A DNA stretch of 64,000 nt, from NCBI GenBank assembly GCA_964035545.1, contig OZ037766.1:27945673-28009672 (forward strand). The letters are read 5' to 3'. A model generated the notes under the pieces. That model saw only the letters and a list, made by a program, of their open reading frames with translations. It was not told the DNA's origin and made no database searches. Positions 41,101 through 55,536 of the stretch are shown here, one piece after another; the stretch's first letter is position 1; every line of letters begins with the position of its first letter. Made by a program: the position numbers and the translations under genes. This DNA is from Bugula neritina. Lineage: Eukaryota > Animalia > Bryozoa.

Positions 41101-44100
41101 TACCTCATAATAATAGTATTTGGTACTACTAAGTTGTATTTTATGATAACTTACACTGCCTCTTTCTGGTAAAGTTTCCAATATAAACTCTAATTAATCA
41201 TCAACAGAGACAAATTAAAAACCTAAGACTATAAAATCTGCTGAATTAGTAAACCACAGTTATGATCAGAATTCCCTTTATATGAATTATTATTCTCAGT
41301 TTCCATAGTCCATACAGTTACCATGTAAAAAGCATATACTACTGCACTTGGGTTAACAAAATTTGCGATTTTTCTGAATGCACAGACTTCTGAGATCAAA
41401 ACGCTATACTAATCCTTACAGACATATATTTATATACGGCTACTACTACATAGCATACGTCTATTAGTACAGGGTATGCAACTGCTAATACATAATACAC
41501 AGCTAACACTAAAATGTTTATATATTACAGGTATATACTATAATATACTGCTGTTAACATGTATACAGCTACTACTATATAATATACAACCATTCGGCAG
41601 CTACTACCACATGTTATACAACTACTACCACATGTTATACAGCTACTACTACATGTCATACAGCTACTACCACATGTTATACAGCTACTACCACATGTTA
41701 TACAGCTACTACCACATGTTATACAGCTACTACTACATGTCATACAGCTACTACCACATGTTATACAGCTACTACCACATGTTATACAGCTACTACCACA
41801 TGTTATACAGCTACTATCACATGTCACACAGCTACTACCACACAATGTAATATGTGGCTATGTTTACTTACAGGGTGGTCACTGTCCAACTCTGACCCAT
41901 AGCTGAGGATATGGTTGGCAAACCTGTCCAGGTCTCTCACTCTTCTCGGAAACCACGGAACTGGAATGAGAACATGTAACAATATAGTGGGAGTTGTCCC
42001 CTTGCAAACAAAACATACCACCACAGATACACATGCATCACACTTATCAAGTGAACAATATCATATACAGTCAAATATGTTACTACAGGGGCTTAGAGAT
42101 TCCGAGCAACAAATACCACAAGTAATTATCACTAAAAGTTAAAACTAAAATCATATGGGAAAGTCTAAAAGACTCAATAATTAATGGATTGGCTAATAAA
42201 TTATCAAGTTGCATTCGTTTTTAATATTCATAATAAAATGTTTATGTAATCCAAATTTCTGACTTTATATTTTGTTTAAATGCTGGCAATATCTTGCAAT
42301 GTATCAGGATAAAGAAGAATACATAAGATGGTGACATAAAATACTGGCTGATGAAATACAGCTAGGAAGACAATGACTTGTATTTTCTGTAGAATGTACA
42401 GTTAAACTCATATTTGGAATTGAAAAAGCTATTAATTGCTGTTGCAATTGCTATTCAGTCAACCATGTTGAACCTGGAGGCTGATGAAATTATCCTGCAA
42501 CTTTAAGCAATCAACTCTGCCAAATTAAAACAACTATTTTTTCCAGTTATACAAAACAACTATACGATAAAAGGACAATGGCTACTGGAAAATAGATTTA
42601 AATCACCACAAAAATATTTAGTTGATTTCCACAAAATTGTAGTTCAAGCCTTCTACTCTTATACTTTACTTCACAACTTTCATCTGAGAATATGATGGCT
42701 TTAGTTGATCATGTTTCATCAAGTGTTATATTAAGAATAAATACAGTAGGCAATTCCTCAAATTCCACAACAGAAAAAGCAAGGTAAGATGCCCATGGCA
42801 ATGACGCAAAGCATTAAAATAAATTTCGCATGATTTGTACCTATAGAACGATGAGTTTAAAATGTTTGTTCAAGCAAATCTAATGATGTTACCAAATATA
42901 TGAACTGAACACTTTCCAATTTATGAATTCATTGGCAAATAGGTAGGACCAAAGGGTTGGACCTAGTTTAGTGCCAACATAAGCTTTTTATCAATAACTG
43001 GTGATTTTCTAGAGCTAATATTTAGGTCACCTGAGTGACCTATATAAGGCTGACTAATAAGTCTGTAAGGATATAATGCTGGTATAATCATTTCAATAGA
43101 GAATATTTAACCCATATATCTACTACCAGCAGTAGGTGTAAGTGCATTGTACTATCACTACTGCAAGCTACTATGAATAGTATACTATTATAGCTCTAGT
43201 ACTTTCACAGCAGAAGGTAGTAGCTTCTAATGTATGCAGGTAAACTGATTTATATTGGCTGATGCAGAAGTTATGTTTGCTGTAGATGACTGAGTATGCT
43301 GTGTGTAAAGCTGTACTCATTACAATCAAAAATGGTCAAATTCATGTTTGGATTACTTTAGCATGTACTTTTAAGAATTATTGCTATCTAGTACCTTGAA
43401 TGCTAAAACAAAGTAGTTGGAGTGGTCTACTTATCATGCAGTAGAACTGTTACAGCATTACCATTTTGAAATGCATGATGTGAAACTGCTACCTAAATGA
43501 ACATAGTGTAATACTCACACTTATGTTGTAATGATTGCTGAATGTTAATGATATCAAATCAATCTTAGCCTATAGAACAGTCTTAATATTACAGTGAAAT
43601 ACCAAAGCTCTGGTTGAAACTTAAGACAACTGAAGGTAAACCACTATGTTTAATGGCTGTACTTTAAAAGAACACGGATACTAGACTTGGCACAATATTG
43701 TCAATCAAATTGTTTCTGTTATAACTGAAAAATATTTCCTAGAACTTTTTCTATTTATATTAGTTTTGTGCAAATTGCGAATCATTTTATTGGATTTACT
43801 TTTCTGATTTTAAGTTCAGGTTGGCAATAGTGATTTTGGGCACCAAAATATATGAGAAGATAATTTCTGAAAAGGAATTAATTACTGAAACATTATATGA
43901 CTTCACTTTCACTTAATATTGTCAAGTCAAATTTTGGACCAGAAAAAAAATAATTTATACCCTCAGTTCCAGAGCCAGTCGACGTAGTCCTGGTACGGTC
44001 TCGAGACAGGATGTGGATGTCGGAAACAGATTCGAGTAACTTCAGAGCTTCAGCGGACATCTTGACATCTTCTCTTCTTGTAATGTCCTTCACCTCCACT

Positions 44101-46120
44101 ATAAACTCGTACTTACTGCTGTCGTGTGCGTCAGGCCTTGACTCAATGTGATTCAGATTCACTCCATTATTCTGTAGAAGAGAATTGTACATTCACTTGG
44201 CAGAGTGCCAAACACTGCCATACATCTAAAAGTGGCTAAAACCTTGATGGGAGGACAAAAAACAAAACTGTATGTGTAAAATTTTTTAGAATATTTACTT
44301 ACCTAAAAACTCAATCAAACTGTTTATTATGGCAATGTTAATTTGTAATTGAAAAAACAGGATTAAATAGAGCATAGCCACATTAATGCACCCACTCAAT
44401 TATTTAGTCTGCTTGTCTATTTAAGGGGAATATTTATTAATAGCTTTAAAGTCTGGCAAGCCCATGTGTCACCACAAAATAGAAGTTCTTTTCAAAAACC
44501 AAACATTAATCTTTATGAGTAATTAATCTTTAAATGCTCTATCAACTCCAGTAAAGTTAAAATAGCATTCTTGGACTTTAATAATAGTTATTGGCAACTA
44601 GAAACTGTATGCCAATGTTTAACCAGAGTGTCGAAATTGTGAAATTAACCTAAACCTATGTCAAATAATTTTGGTAAAAGTGCTGATGTATTCCGTAACA
44701 GTTTAACAAAACAAACCTTTGAAGGTATATTGTGCAGTGTTGTGATTACCCAGTGCCCCCATGGTGTAATGTTTACCGAGCCCACAGATTTATATATCAC
44801 TAACCCTAAACTGTTAGTTAACTATTTAAAATGGGGATTCTGCTCAGTAAATTTAAGCTAGCCAGTGATTTTGATTTGCATGAAAGCACTTTGTGTTAAT
44901 GCCAAACTGGCATTAGTTTTCTAATAATTGCTATATGGTTATATATCAACAGAATCAGCCAAAAACTTAGTGAAATATGAATATTTTACCAATTTGGCAG
45001 CAACAGGTAAATTTTTGAAATTCTAAAGGCTCCAAACAAGTAGAGAGCCTGTGGGCACTTGAACGGCATGATTACAACCATAATGCTTCCACTGTATATG
45101 CAAATAGCTTGATTTTTAAATAACAGATATTCTATAAATTATTATGTGTATAGGATTTTATCAGATTTACTTAATAAATTTTTAAATGTGAGAAAAAAAT
45201 ACCTCTTACATATACACAGTGACATGTGATCTAGCCAGAAACATACAGGAACATGATAAGCTTACCTCAAACACCTTGAGACATTGAGCCAAAACTCCCA
45301 CGCCTTCAGTTACAGAAAACATGATAGTAAGACTGTGGTCGGTATGATCATCAATTTGACTGTCCGTAACATGAGAGTCTACAAAGTTCCCCTTTCTCTT
45401 GTCGCCGTTTGCCTAGAAATATTGTTGTCAGATCATATACAAAGTTAAAGGGGAAATTTATGAGAAGTTGGGACTTGAAAAAAGAAATTATTTACTTTAG
45501 AGTATAGATGTATGAGTCAATCATTTTGAATCTGAATTACCATTTACATTTGGTTTTTATCACTGGGGGGACCTAATTTTATAACTAAAGACAATTAAAT
45601 AATCTAGAACGTATTATCAGCATCACAATCTTTATCAATATGAATATAATGAATATTGGTGCAGAAGTACATGCATTGGTAGATTTAGTGGCAGTTATAA
45701 TCATAATGATAATGAAAAAGGGTACAACTTCGACTTATGAGTAGATGTATGATAAGATGAATATTAATCTATTGCAAATTAGTTTATCTAACACTAACAG
45801 TGACAAACAGAATACTTGTAGAAGTGGAAGTAAATAGAAACTGAAACTTTCTGTGTTAAAGGAGGTGCAAAACAACAATGGATATTGAAAATATAATCAT
45901 TAGATATGTTGAACTTAGTGTATAACTATGAGCACAAGGGTGAATAATAACATATGGTAGTGCTTTAACTTTTAGACCGACTGTTAATGTTAAATGCACC
46001 TTACATAAAAAGCAGAATCAATTGACTTTAAGTACGTTACAATAACAATGTTCACAATTTACATACCGAACTAGCGTGTTCATTGCTGAGTTTTCTTTTT
46101 CTGGTTTGAGCTCCGTCCAT
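35192..46120 (-). CDS. PAH: Phenylalanine-4-hydroxylase, 12 coding exons, 473 aa
   Basis: Exons 46067-46120, 45266-45412, 43961-44171, 41872-41960, 39693-39760, 38807-39003, 38173-38308, 37620-37746, 36928-37023, 36466-36599, 35765-35880, 35192-35238 are phase-consistent (1422 nt). Motifs: ACT domain [67 protein letters not shown]. Confidence 0.95.
37494..37636. repeat. Short tandem repeat (AATACATACAGTGGCTAGTTTATATA) that duplicates a PAH exon end and donor site
   Basis: Three intronic copies of minus-strand AAACT.GCCACT|GTATGT follow the true donor at 37620/37619. Confidence 0.85.
41597..41842. repeat. 21-bp minisatellite (CAGCTACTACCACATGTTATA, about 11-12 units) in a PAH intron
   Basis: Direct. 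Source of the spurious YYHMLYS / CITCGSS ORFs. Confidence 0.92.
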
Positions 46121-47103
46121 GTTGACTTTTCCCTAGGGTTAGTAGTGCTTGACTTTTAGCTTCAAAGTGAGAAATGGCAATGCTGGCTAGCAACTTTAAC
46201 TGTCGGTCTGGCTGAAGCAGTGCGTGTGAGTGAATTGAGGTGGCAGGTGTTGTTTACTATCACCTTATTGGTTGAATAAGGAGGAGCGGCTCTACGCCTG
46301 ACTGCTTAACCACATGGCGACATTGCCAAATACGTAATAACAATGTTATTATAAATAGCCATTTGTGTTCATGTCTACCTTTATTATTTCCACTGTACTG
46401 TTTCAATTATCTCCATTTCAACTTCAGGCAACGACTTCATTAGGTATCTGAGAGATAGTTGCATGTATGGGAGAAGCTGAATTACGAGTTTAAATTGTTT
46501 TTACAAATTGAAAGAGTTGAATGAAATGTTCCAAAAGCCGAGTGTAATTGAAGCTATCTTGACCCTCTTGCACCAATTATATACAAGCAAAATTTTGCTT
46601 TATAGGTCATAATATTATTGATTATGCAATGGAATAAACACTGCTATAGTCATTAAATAAGATACTAGGTTAGAACTATCAAGGGTATATAACTCCCACA
46701 TTAAAATAAAATTTTGTTATTACGCTATAAAAACATAAACAATTTTTTTAGACAATAAGCTAGCATGATAATTTAATGCAATAATTGCTTCGTATGCATG
46801 ACTTAGAAATCTTGGCATTACTTTCAAAAAAATTATATATTAATATTCCATGTAGCATTGTGTAAATAGTGCTTTGTCTCTTTATGCATAAATAGTGGTT
46901 TCGAAGTTGTCTTATCAGTATAACAAGGATCAGGAAATTCCATATATAGTGGCTGCACTAGACATCAAACAGAAGCTGTGCTGTAGGTAAAGATGCTTGA
47001 GAATAGCTTTAATAATAGCACAATATTATAGCTTTGGTGCAAGCCTTTGACATGTTAGCTAATATTATACTTGCATATTTCGTTAGCTTCATTTTTTTCC
47101 ATA

Positions 47104-48820
47104 CCGTAAAATGGGGTAACTTTAGCCACTTGGGGTAACTTTGGCCACTTTGGAAAAAATGTTTAAAATGTAGCTGGTGCTATATCTATGAAGTCTAAAG
47201 ATATTTTAATTGTATATATGCACTGACTGCAGATTGGTGCATCCTATTCCTGAAAAATAATTGATATACTTATTTGCTGCTTCTTGCTGTCAGCCATTTT
47301 CAATTTCCTGTTTGACAACAAGATTTTCAGCGCTGTCCAACTTTAATCTATTTGAAGGCATTAGAAAAGCTGGACTCATTTTCTTTTTTGTATTAAAGAA
47401 CTTTGGTAAGTATTTAACCAGGATATTTGTAATTTAGGTAAATAAATTGAAACCAAAAATTAAAATATGTGTCTTGAATTCACTGTGTACAATTTTTGAC
47501 GAATTTGGGGTAACTTTGGCCATGACTAAATGGTACTCCAAAGTAGGTTTCTGGCAGCGCTGCGAATTTTCTGTTATTTCAGACACATAGTACATTACTC
47601 TCTAAAGGCACAATCATTTGATTCACCTATACCCAATGCTTTAGTTATATATTTGAAACAACTTAGAGTCCGAAATATGAAATAATTACATGGGGAATTA
47701 TGCATTTTTGTTCCCAGACAGCAATTTTGTGTTTAATGTTTTTTTTATATAAGAATTTGACCATGCATTGTAAAATGTATTTTTCAAGACAATTATACTC
47801 AGAAAACATTAAAGAAAAGTAACATCTCCAAGATATGGTATATCTGAGGGGATCATTGGTTTTGCTTTATTCACAAGAATTGGCAGCTGGAAAGTCTTGA
47901 CAAGAAGTGGCTAGAAATATGATATTACCAAAGGAACACTACAAAACAGAGCCGCATGAAGACACAAGCTGAAGCCTGGACGCCAAACTGTGTTATCACA
48001 AGTAGAGGAGGTAGCCATTGTTGACCATACCTACTACAAAGCTGGCTCAATGGGGCTTTCCATTAGATAAAACAGACTTTCGAATAATAGTCAAGACCTA
48101 TTTTGACAAATGTGAGAGAAGAGTGCAACATTTCAAAAGCAACTACCCTCAAGATCACTGGAGTCGCAGTTTTATGTCAAGACATAAAGATAGCTTGTCT
48201 CACAGGTTGTGCCAAAACATAGCACCGGAATGGGCAACAGTTAATTCTGAAGACATTACGCATTATTTAAAAAATCTACAGAGAACTGCCACAGCCTATA
48301 GTTTGAAAGGGCATACTTGAATTTAAAATTAAATTCAATGGAATTTGAACTTGTACAGTGATTTATTCAATGTTGCCAGCAAAATACATGATTTTTTATA
48401 CATATACAAAAGTTTTTACACTTAATAACAATGTACCTCGAATAGCTGCGGTTTCAATGCAATAATTACACTATTATAGCTTGCATTTTGTCTAAAATAA
48501 TTTTTTTTTGTAGTAATGAAGTTGAATAATGTTGTTCTTTAATTTCTAACTGGCTAAAAAAGCTCCAAGTGCTGCTAACTTTAGCTACATGTAGAATAAC
48601 GACACCGGCCAAAGTTACCCCGAAAATAGGGTAACTTTGGCCACCTACTTTTTTTAATACCACAGGAGATCTAGCAGTCCCAAACTGCAAATGGTTCTTT
48701 CATTTAGTGCATATGTTGATAAGCTTCATTTAGCATCCAAAAATTTTAAAGAATATTGTAATCCTTTCATATGACACCCAAAATATGTCTCAAAACGGCC
48801 AATGTTACCCCATTTTACGG
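47104..48820 (+). mobile_element. Internally deleted pogo-like (Tc1/mariner superfamily) DNA transposon
   Basis: TIR CCGTAAAATGGGGTAAC(T/A)TT.GCC, TA on both flanks, internal GGGTAACTTTGGCC repeats, degraded transposase N-terminus. Confidence 0.88.
47860..48290 (+). pseudogene. Degraded pogo transposase DNA-binding region (HTH and CENP-B-type HTH); no DDE domain seen
   Basis: WGFPL....FR.IV..Y.......F..N.P...W...F..RH...LS.R...NI pattern with frameshifts. Confidence 0.7.
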
Positions 48821-50583
48821 TATTGAATTGTCACTTATCCTGCTAAATGCAAATATTATGCAATTAATTATAATATTTTTAAATTATAACTGCTGTAACT
48901 GTTATCTTTAAAAGATGCTAATTGTTGGCATTAGTCAGGATTAATAGTAATTTATCGATATAATTTTTAAATTTAGAAATATAATAATTATTATTAAATT
49001 TATTGGTAAGGTATTAACATTTTATATTATTATGTCTTATAGATAATATTATAAAACTATGTTTTGCTTTTCATTATTGCACTGTAGTATATATATATAA
49101 TTATTGTATATAATAATAATAATTTCTTTATATTAAGCTTATTTTTTAAACTATCAATAAATATAGTACTAAAATATAATATTGTATTGTAATCAGGTAA
49201 AAAATCTAAAATATTTTTAACCCACATCAATTATCAATATTTTAAACAATAAATATTTGAAATAGTTCATCATTTTAAGCATATGCTCTGCAAAAACTAG
49301 CCATAGCCGGCAACCAGTTATATTCACATTGATAGACTTTAACGAAACACTGTAAGTATAAAGTATTATAATATATTATATAGATCCAGCCTTTAAAGTA
49401 AGTTCATGTTTATATCAATTATTCTAAAATTACTTGGCTCATAAAATTGTAATATTTTGTAATCCTTTTCCGATGTTATTTAAGTCAAAATTAATTGATT
49501 AACTATTTACTTTAGTATAATAACATAATATATTTAAATTAACCTTTTATTTATACATATGCATGTCTTTCTATTTCGAAACAACTGAGTGAGTATATAT
49601 AAAAGCTGGTATCGCTATATAATAATATAAACCATAAAATTAACTCCAGACCTATAAAAATTATAAAAAGTTCTACCCTATGTTCAAATAAAGGTATTAT
49701 AATAGATGTTGCATAATCTTATTGTCTCATTAGCCATTATATAGTAATATAAGTTTCTCTATGTTGTAATTGACTTTGGTTTTGTATAATGTGTACCTTT
49801 ATAGCAGGTGATAGAGATTCTCATAACATATAATAGCATTTTTGATAAACTCTACTTAATATAATACTATAATATACAGTTTTACTTTTCATATACTATA
49901 ATAATGACTATAATTATATAACAATATTCCGTGTTCTTCTCATCAATCTATTTCTTTCATACGATATATAGATCTATATATATTATGGGAACATGCATGT
50001 ATAGGCTATAGTGATCTAAAATCAATATCTCATTGCATAACTTTTCAATAATATATACTATACCTAAAGGTATAAAGAAAATTTTATAAATAGTCACCAG
50101 CAGCAAATTATCAACTATAAGCATTGTCACAAAAATACAAATATATTTACAACTAAAAATAATTGATATTGTGTAGGCTAATAGATTAAATGTAAAAACC
50201 ACTACTTTTTAAATAAAACTATAAGAATAGGCTACATTAAGTTGTTCGCTAAAATTATTCTTTGTTTAGATAAATTAAGCTGACCAGATACAGTACAAAG
50301 ATAAAGATTATAATTATCATGTACTTCTTGTAATAATTACTTTAAATAAATTATATAAATATGAGATTAAATGAAAATTCCAGAATATCTTTATATGCTG
50401 TGTTTTGATTATTGCAAGATTGGGTGGGGCAAAACCTAATCAATTAGTTTGCAGCAATTAGTTTGAACCTTCAAATAAATTAAAATTCTATTTATCTCAT
50501 TTCAATATTATAGGCATCAAATAGTCTCATGATAAGGAATGAATAGTTTCTTTGATTTATTTATAGATTAAATAGAAAAAAGT

Positions 50584-53339
50584 ATGACGAGTAAAATGTC
50601 TTTAGGAGATGATGGAACTGGAAAATATGAATGTGATAAGCCAACACTTGCCATGGAGATTAGAGAAATATGTCTGCATGTAATGCAGTGTGCTGATCTG
50701 TCGCTAGATTTGAGTAAAGAGCAGAAGCTCTCCTTCATAGATCTTCAATATTATCACAAAACATTTGACATTGCCAGCACAGTTGGTGAGTTAAAGCATA
50801 AGTTATATGAAGAGCTAGAATTGATATTGATGTGTATTATTTTTTGTTTTGAAATCTGTACAAAATAATTTCAGTAAAATTAACAAATATATACAAAGTA
50901 AATATCTAAAATTTATCCAGTGGTTAAATGTAAGCTATGAAAATATTATGTTGGTTACTGATGGCAAATTTTCAACAGTTATGACCAACGGAATCATGGT
51001 TTAAAATTATTTATATAAAAAACTATTTTATTGCAAACATGATAATAAGTTTCTTAGAATTTTAGAAAACTGTTAAATTAGCCATTATATATATTGTAAA
51101 TATATGACTTTGTGTCAGCTTTTATTTTTTTCTTTTCTAGTGGCATTTAGCTGAAAAACATTAATATCTTTTACCATTATTGAGTATATAGACTTTATTT
51201 TGTTTTGAATTTGCAGTTTTTTAATGTGTGCAATATGTTATCTCATTGTTATTTCTAGCAAAAGATATGAACATTGGTATGAAAAATCCCGTTTTGACAG
51301 AGGAAAGCATCATGGGAAGAACAGACTTAGCATATGACGATCATAGACTCACCCCACCAGATTTTAGGTTCAAAACAAGAGGTAATTTTATTATCATGCA
51401 TCATATAACTCAGATTATCATATGTTACTAATTTAACACGCATGGCAATTGAATAAATTCTTCAAATATATATAATTTTTTTGATATTTATAATGTGTTT
51501 TAGCACTACATATAGCAACTTTAGCACTCTCAACTATAGCTGCAATAAAAATGCTGAAAGAAAAAGTGCCATGCAGTAATAATAATTGGTATTAGAAAAA
51601 ACTTCAATAAAGCTGTTATATAGTTTTGCTGATCAACCTGATACTTTATCGTTCCAACAGACACATTTGTTTATATGCAAGTATAATTTGCAACACTCAA
51701 GAAGCAACTTTTTTTACAAATAAACAATGCTTATAAGAGCTTAAAGTAAAATGAAATTTAATGTATACCTTCTTTTTTACATTTTTCACTTTTTATACAC
51801 TTTTCAATACCTAAAAATAATATAGTAAAAAGCAATCGGCAGCAACTAGAATTTAATGAGGAGTTTTGGCTCAATCTCCAAAATGTGGCATGTGATTTTT
51901 AAGCATTCGATTTGAAATAAATTGAAATTTTGAGCACTAGCTGGCTCTAGACTGCTTTTGTGATTTATAATGAAGAGATTGGTTCTAAAGATCAAGTTAT
52001 TAGGTACATGAAAGTTAAAGGCTTATATAACTGAAGTTATATTGTGCCATACTACAGCTCGTATGCAGTTTAACATCAGTCATCAAGTCTCTATACTAAT
52101 ATACTCATATCATAATGTAATCATTAGACAGTATCTCATGTAGATGTATATTTAATATAAGATTATTATACAAAAGGATTTTTGAAAAACATAACATACT
52201 GTACAATAAAAAATTTAAGAAAATTACAAATAATGAAACTTAATTGGTTTTTGTAATTTTGTTGGTATAGAGATAATGTGCAACCATATAATACCGAGGC
52301 TGGAGACTGATGGTTGGAATGCTATTGAAGCATTGTTATTTGCCACCAACCATGTGGGCAGAAGGTTGGCTGCTGAAAAACCAGAAGAGATGTCACATGT
52401 GTCACGAGCGGAGACTGCTTTAGCATTTATATCTGGTGTCAACACTTCACTTATAGAGCATAGCAAGAAAGTGGATGCTTACCTTCAGCATATGGTAAGG
52501 AAAGTGTAGCCTGCCAGAAGGTGTATAAGTAGCTGTCTGTTTATATTTGGTGAACTCTTTTACCTTATTGCCAATTGTCTTAATTATGGTAACTGGGTGC
52601 AGGCAGCCTATAGCAGATGGTGTAAGATTCAGATTCAGTACATTTTTTGTCTTTATCATACTTTATGCCAACTGCATGTCTGAATTACATCAGTGTAAAT
52701 AATTTGTGGGTTAGCAAAACAGAACAAAGAAAAATGAAAAGATAAATTGAAAATCATTTGCTGATTTGTATGCGAAATATTTTTCACAATTTTAGGAACA
52801 AGCTAGCTAACACATTTTAAGTCATTATAAGGTTCATTGTTATAAATTGATTAATTGCACTGTACAACTTTGTTCTCTGGCTTCCTTTGTATTAAGCATT
52901 GTTTCTTTATAACTTTGTATATATTCTGTAGTAGCAATAAAGTCTCCATGTATACAACAAGCTGCCTATAATATAAGCATCTGTATAATTTTCAAAATAT
53001 AGATTTTTATATGATCAGCTAGATAAGGAGTTTAGTAAGAGAAGTTGAATGCAGTTTTCAATATACAACAAATGTACCTGCAGCCATGACCTCTTCATGA
53101 TTTGTACTTCAGGATAAATTTGATGCCAAGTATTCTGGTGAAGAGGATAATGGAAATCAGAAGGTCGCAATACTGCAAGGGGTTACCACGTATGTGAAAA
53201 TGTTTATCTTACTAAATATTCATTGCAAAGCAAATTGATTTCTATATAAATGTCAGGAAATGGCAGTTTAAGTATCACAATTATATATTATGTCATTGTT
53301 TGTCACAGCCCTGGTTACCCAATGTGCAATTATTCTTGA
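50584..53339 (+). CDS. Spliced gene, paralog 1 of a tandem triplet with divergent Bcl-2-like features
   Basis: Phase-consistent exons 50584-50785, 51259-51381, 52271-52494, 53113-53189, 53309-53339 (last exon uncertain). The family call is inference. Confidence 0.6.
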
Positions 53340-55536
53340 CATGGGAGTTGTAAAGTCATTTATTTCAACATGCTTTCATAATGTTGTACATGGTATTTTA
53401 TGTAAAAATTTAGTTAGTTTCAGTAAATAATTATACCTAGAGCCTAAAGATCTCCCATTTCTCAGCATAAGTTATTAAAAGCACAGAATTGCAAAATGAA
53501 AAGTTATAAATTAATCAAGCCAGTTTTAATCTATAAATTAGCATCTGTATTGGCTAACTTTGGTTTTAAGATTTAATTATAGTTTTCTAAGTTTTGTATA
53601 GCAATATTGGAAATATTATACTTTTTTTATACTAAAATAGTTTTATCAAAATTATATCAGCAATGACATGCATTATAATATATATGACTTTTAGCAGTGA
53701 TCACTAACCTATATCTAGTAATTAAATATACAACAGCTATGAAAACTTATTTATCAATAAAGAATAATATGTTAAATTATAATTATTTAGGTACCCAGAA
53801 TTAATTTTATGCTCATAAAAAGTTACTAAATACTGTTGAAAAATTGTGTTAGTGATGCAAATATTTAAATTTATTCTATGTTGAAAAAAAATTGTAAAAA
53901 AATTTATTTCAACTTATACTCATTTGGCTTGTTTTGTTTACTGTTTTATTCCTATATATTTTGTTTTGTAGGATAGCTGAACATTGGGTAGACAACACAA
54001 GTTGTGAATAAGAATGTTAGTGAGCTGTGCTCACATGAGCAGACAACCCCTGACATTAGTTTTGATCAGTAAAACAACGCTTTTTATTTAAAATGCTAAT
54101 TTTTTTTCAATTAGTGTTTTGACTATGTATCTTCACAAATATACTACTTGTAGGTATTTTCAACAATAATACTATGTCAATTTTGTAATAAATTATAATA
54201 TAGTATTTAAAACGAAGCTTATATAGGTTTAGCATATTGGATCTATTGATTTAATAGATTTATTGATTGCAAGGTTGTAAGACAATTTAACACAATAGTA
54301 AAATAAAATATGCTAAGCTGATAAATAATTTGTATTACTTATTGTTGATCGAAGTTAGCATGAGTAAGCTAACGTGCTAGAATGTATGGCAGCCCACTTC
54401 AATTAAATGCAGGTTCCTATATATAACAACTTGCCTGAGAAAGGAAAATCAATGAAATGTATTTTCATATTCATATAATTTTCAAAAGATATTTTGAATA
54501 ATATTAAACACTTGAATAATAAAACTATTGAAAAGGTTTTTTGAATGTTGTCAAAATATTGACTAAAACAAAATAAAATAGCTAGCAAGTTTAATTATTT
54601 AGAAGCAATAGGTCAACTCTGACTAATAAAAAGTTAGATGTGCAAGCTTTATAAAATGATTATGGTGAAATAACCAGAAAACTGATTGATTAAAACCAAA
54701 AACAAAATAGAAAATGCTAAATTTAAAATTATAGAGTACCATTTAGTTATCATGCAAATTATTAGAATATTTACTTAAATATTTTTAATGCCATCTATTT
54801 TATAACTGAAAAATTACAGTGACAAAAAGCTAATGGTTATTTTCATACAAATTGGTAAGCATAAAAATTTCTATTAATAGGTTTATCTGTATATAAGTTA
54901 TACTAAAAAAAATGTAATTAATAATTTTGCCACAATTGTAAAAAATAACTAACAAGTTTATCTCTAAATAAATTCATATATATATTTTTGATAAATAAGG
55001 AAATTCAAATCAAAAATGCTTCTATCTAAAGTTTTGACAAAATTAATAAAAGTTGACAGCAGTATAGTTTCATGGCAATTTAAAATGCTTTATACGCATA
55101 TAACACAACTGTACTCATAACTTTTACACAACTTGCTGTTTGGGATGAGAAGTTATAAAGTAACAATTATAAACTTTTAAATTAAGTTTCACATTATACT
55201 ATACCTAATAGAAAAAATTGACTTAATTTTAAAAATTTCTGCTTCAGTTATGCATAAAAAAATTTTTTAAAGGAAAAACCTCAGCTTAAATAATGAATTC
55301 AGCAACTTTAAATTTTTAAGCTTTAGGCCTAGTATACTAATTGTTATTCTCCAAATTTGATAGCCATCTTTGTTGACAATGAGATAGCTACCTAATAGGA
55401 TAAGATAAACTCTTGATTTATATAAGATCCAATTAGCGAATATAGGTTTTAGCTATTTTTAAGCAAAAGCTATATGCACATGTATGCTTGTATTACAGGT
55501 TATTATAAGTAAATCTTCAAAAATTGTCAGTTTGGA

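Noticed and set aside
41476-41850. Cys-rich metallothionein/keratin-like ORF (CITCGSS)n and its antisense (YYHMLYS)n
   Set aside because: Translation of a 21-bp intronic minisatellite.
39800-42900. Possible decayed LINE RT (about 40300-40750) and transposase (about 42300-42900) remnants in PAH introns
   Set aside because: Only vague motif echoes with many stops; needs a translated search.
53972-54068. Exon-like segment between paralogs 1 and 2
   Set aside because: It has splice-like ends, but no phase-consistent coding join was found; possibly a 5' UTR exon.
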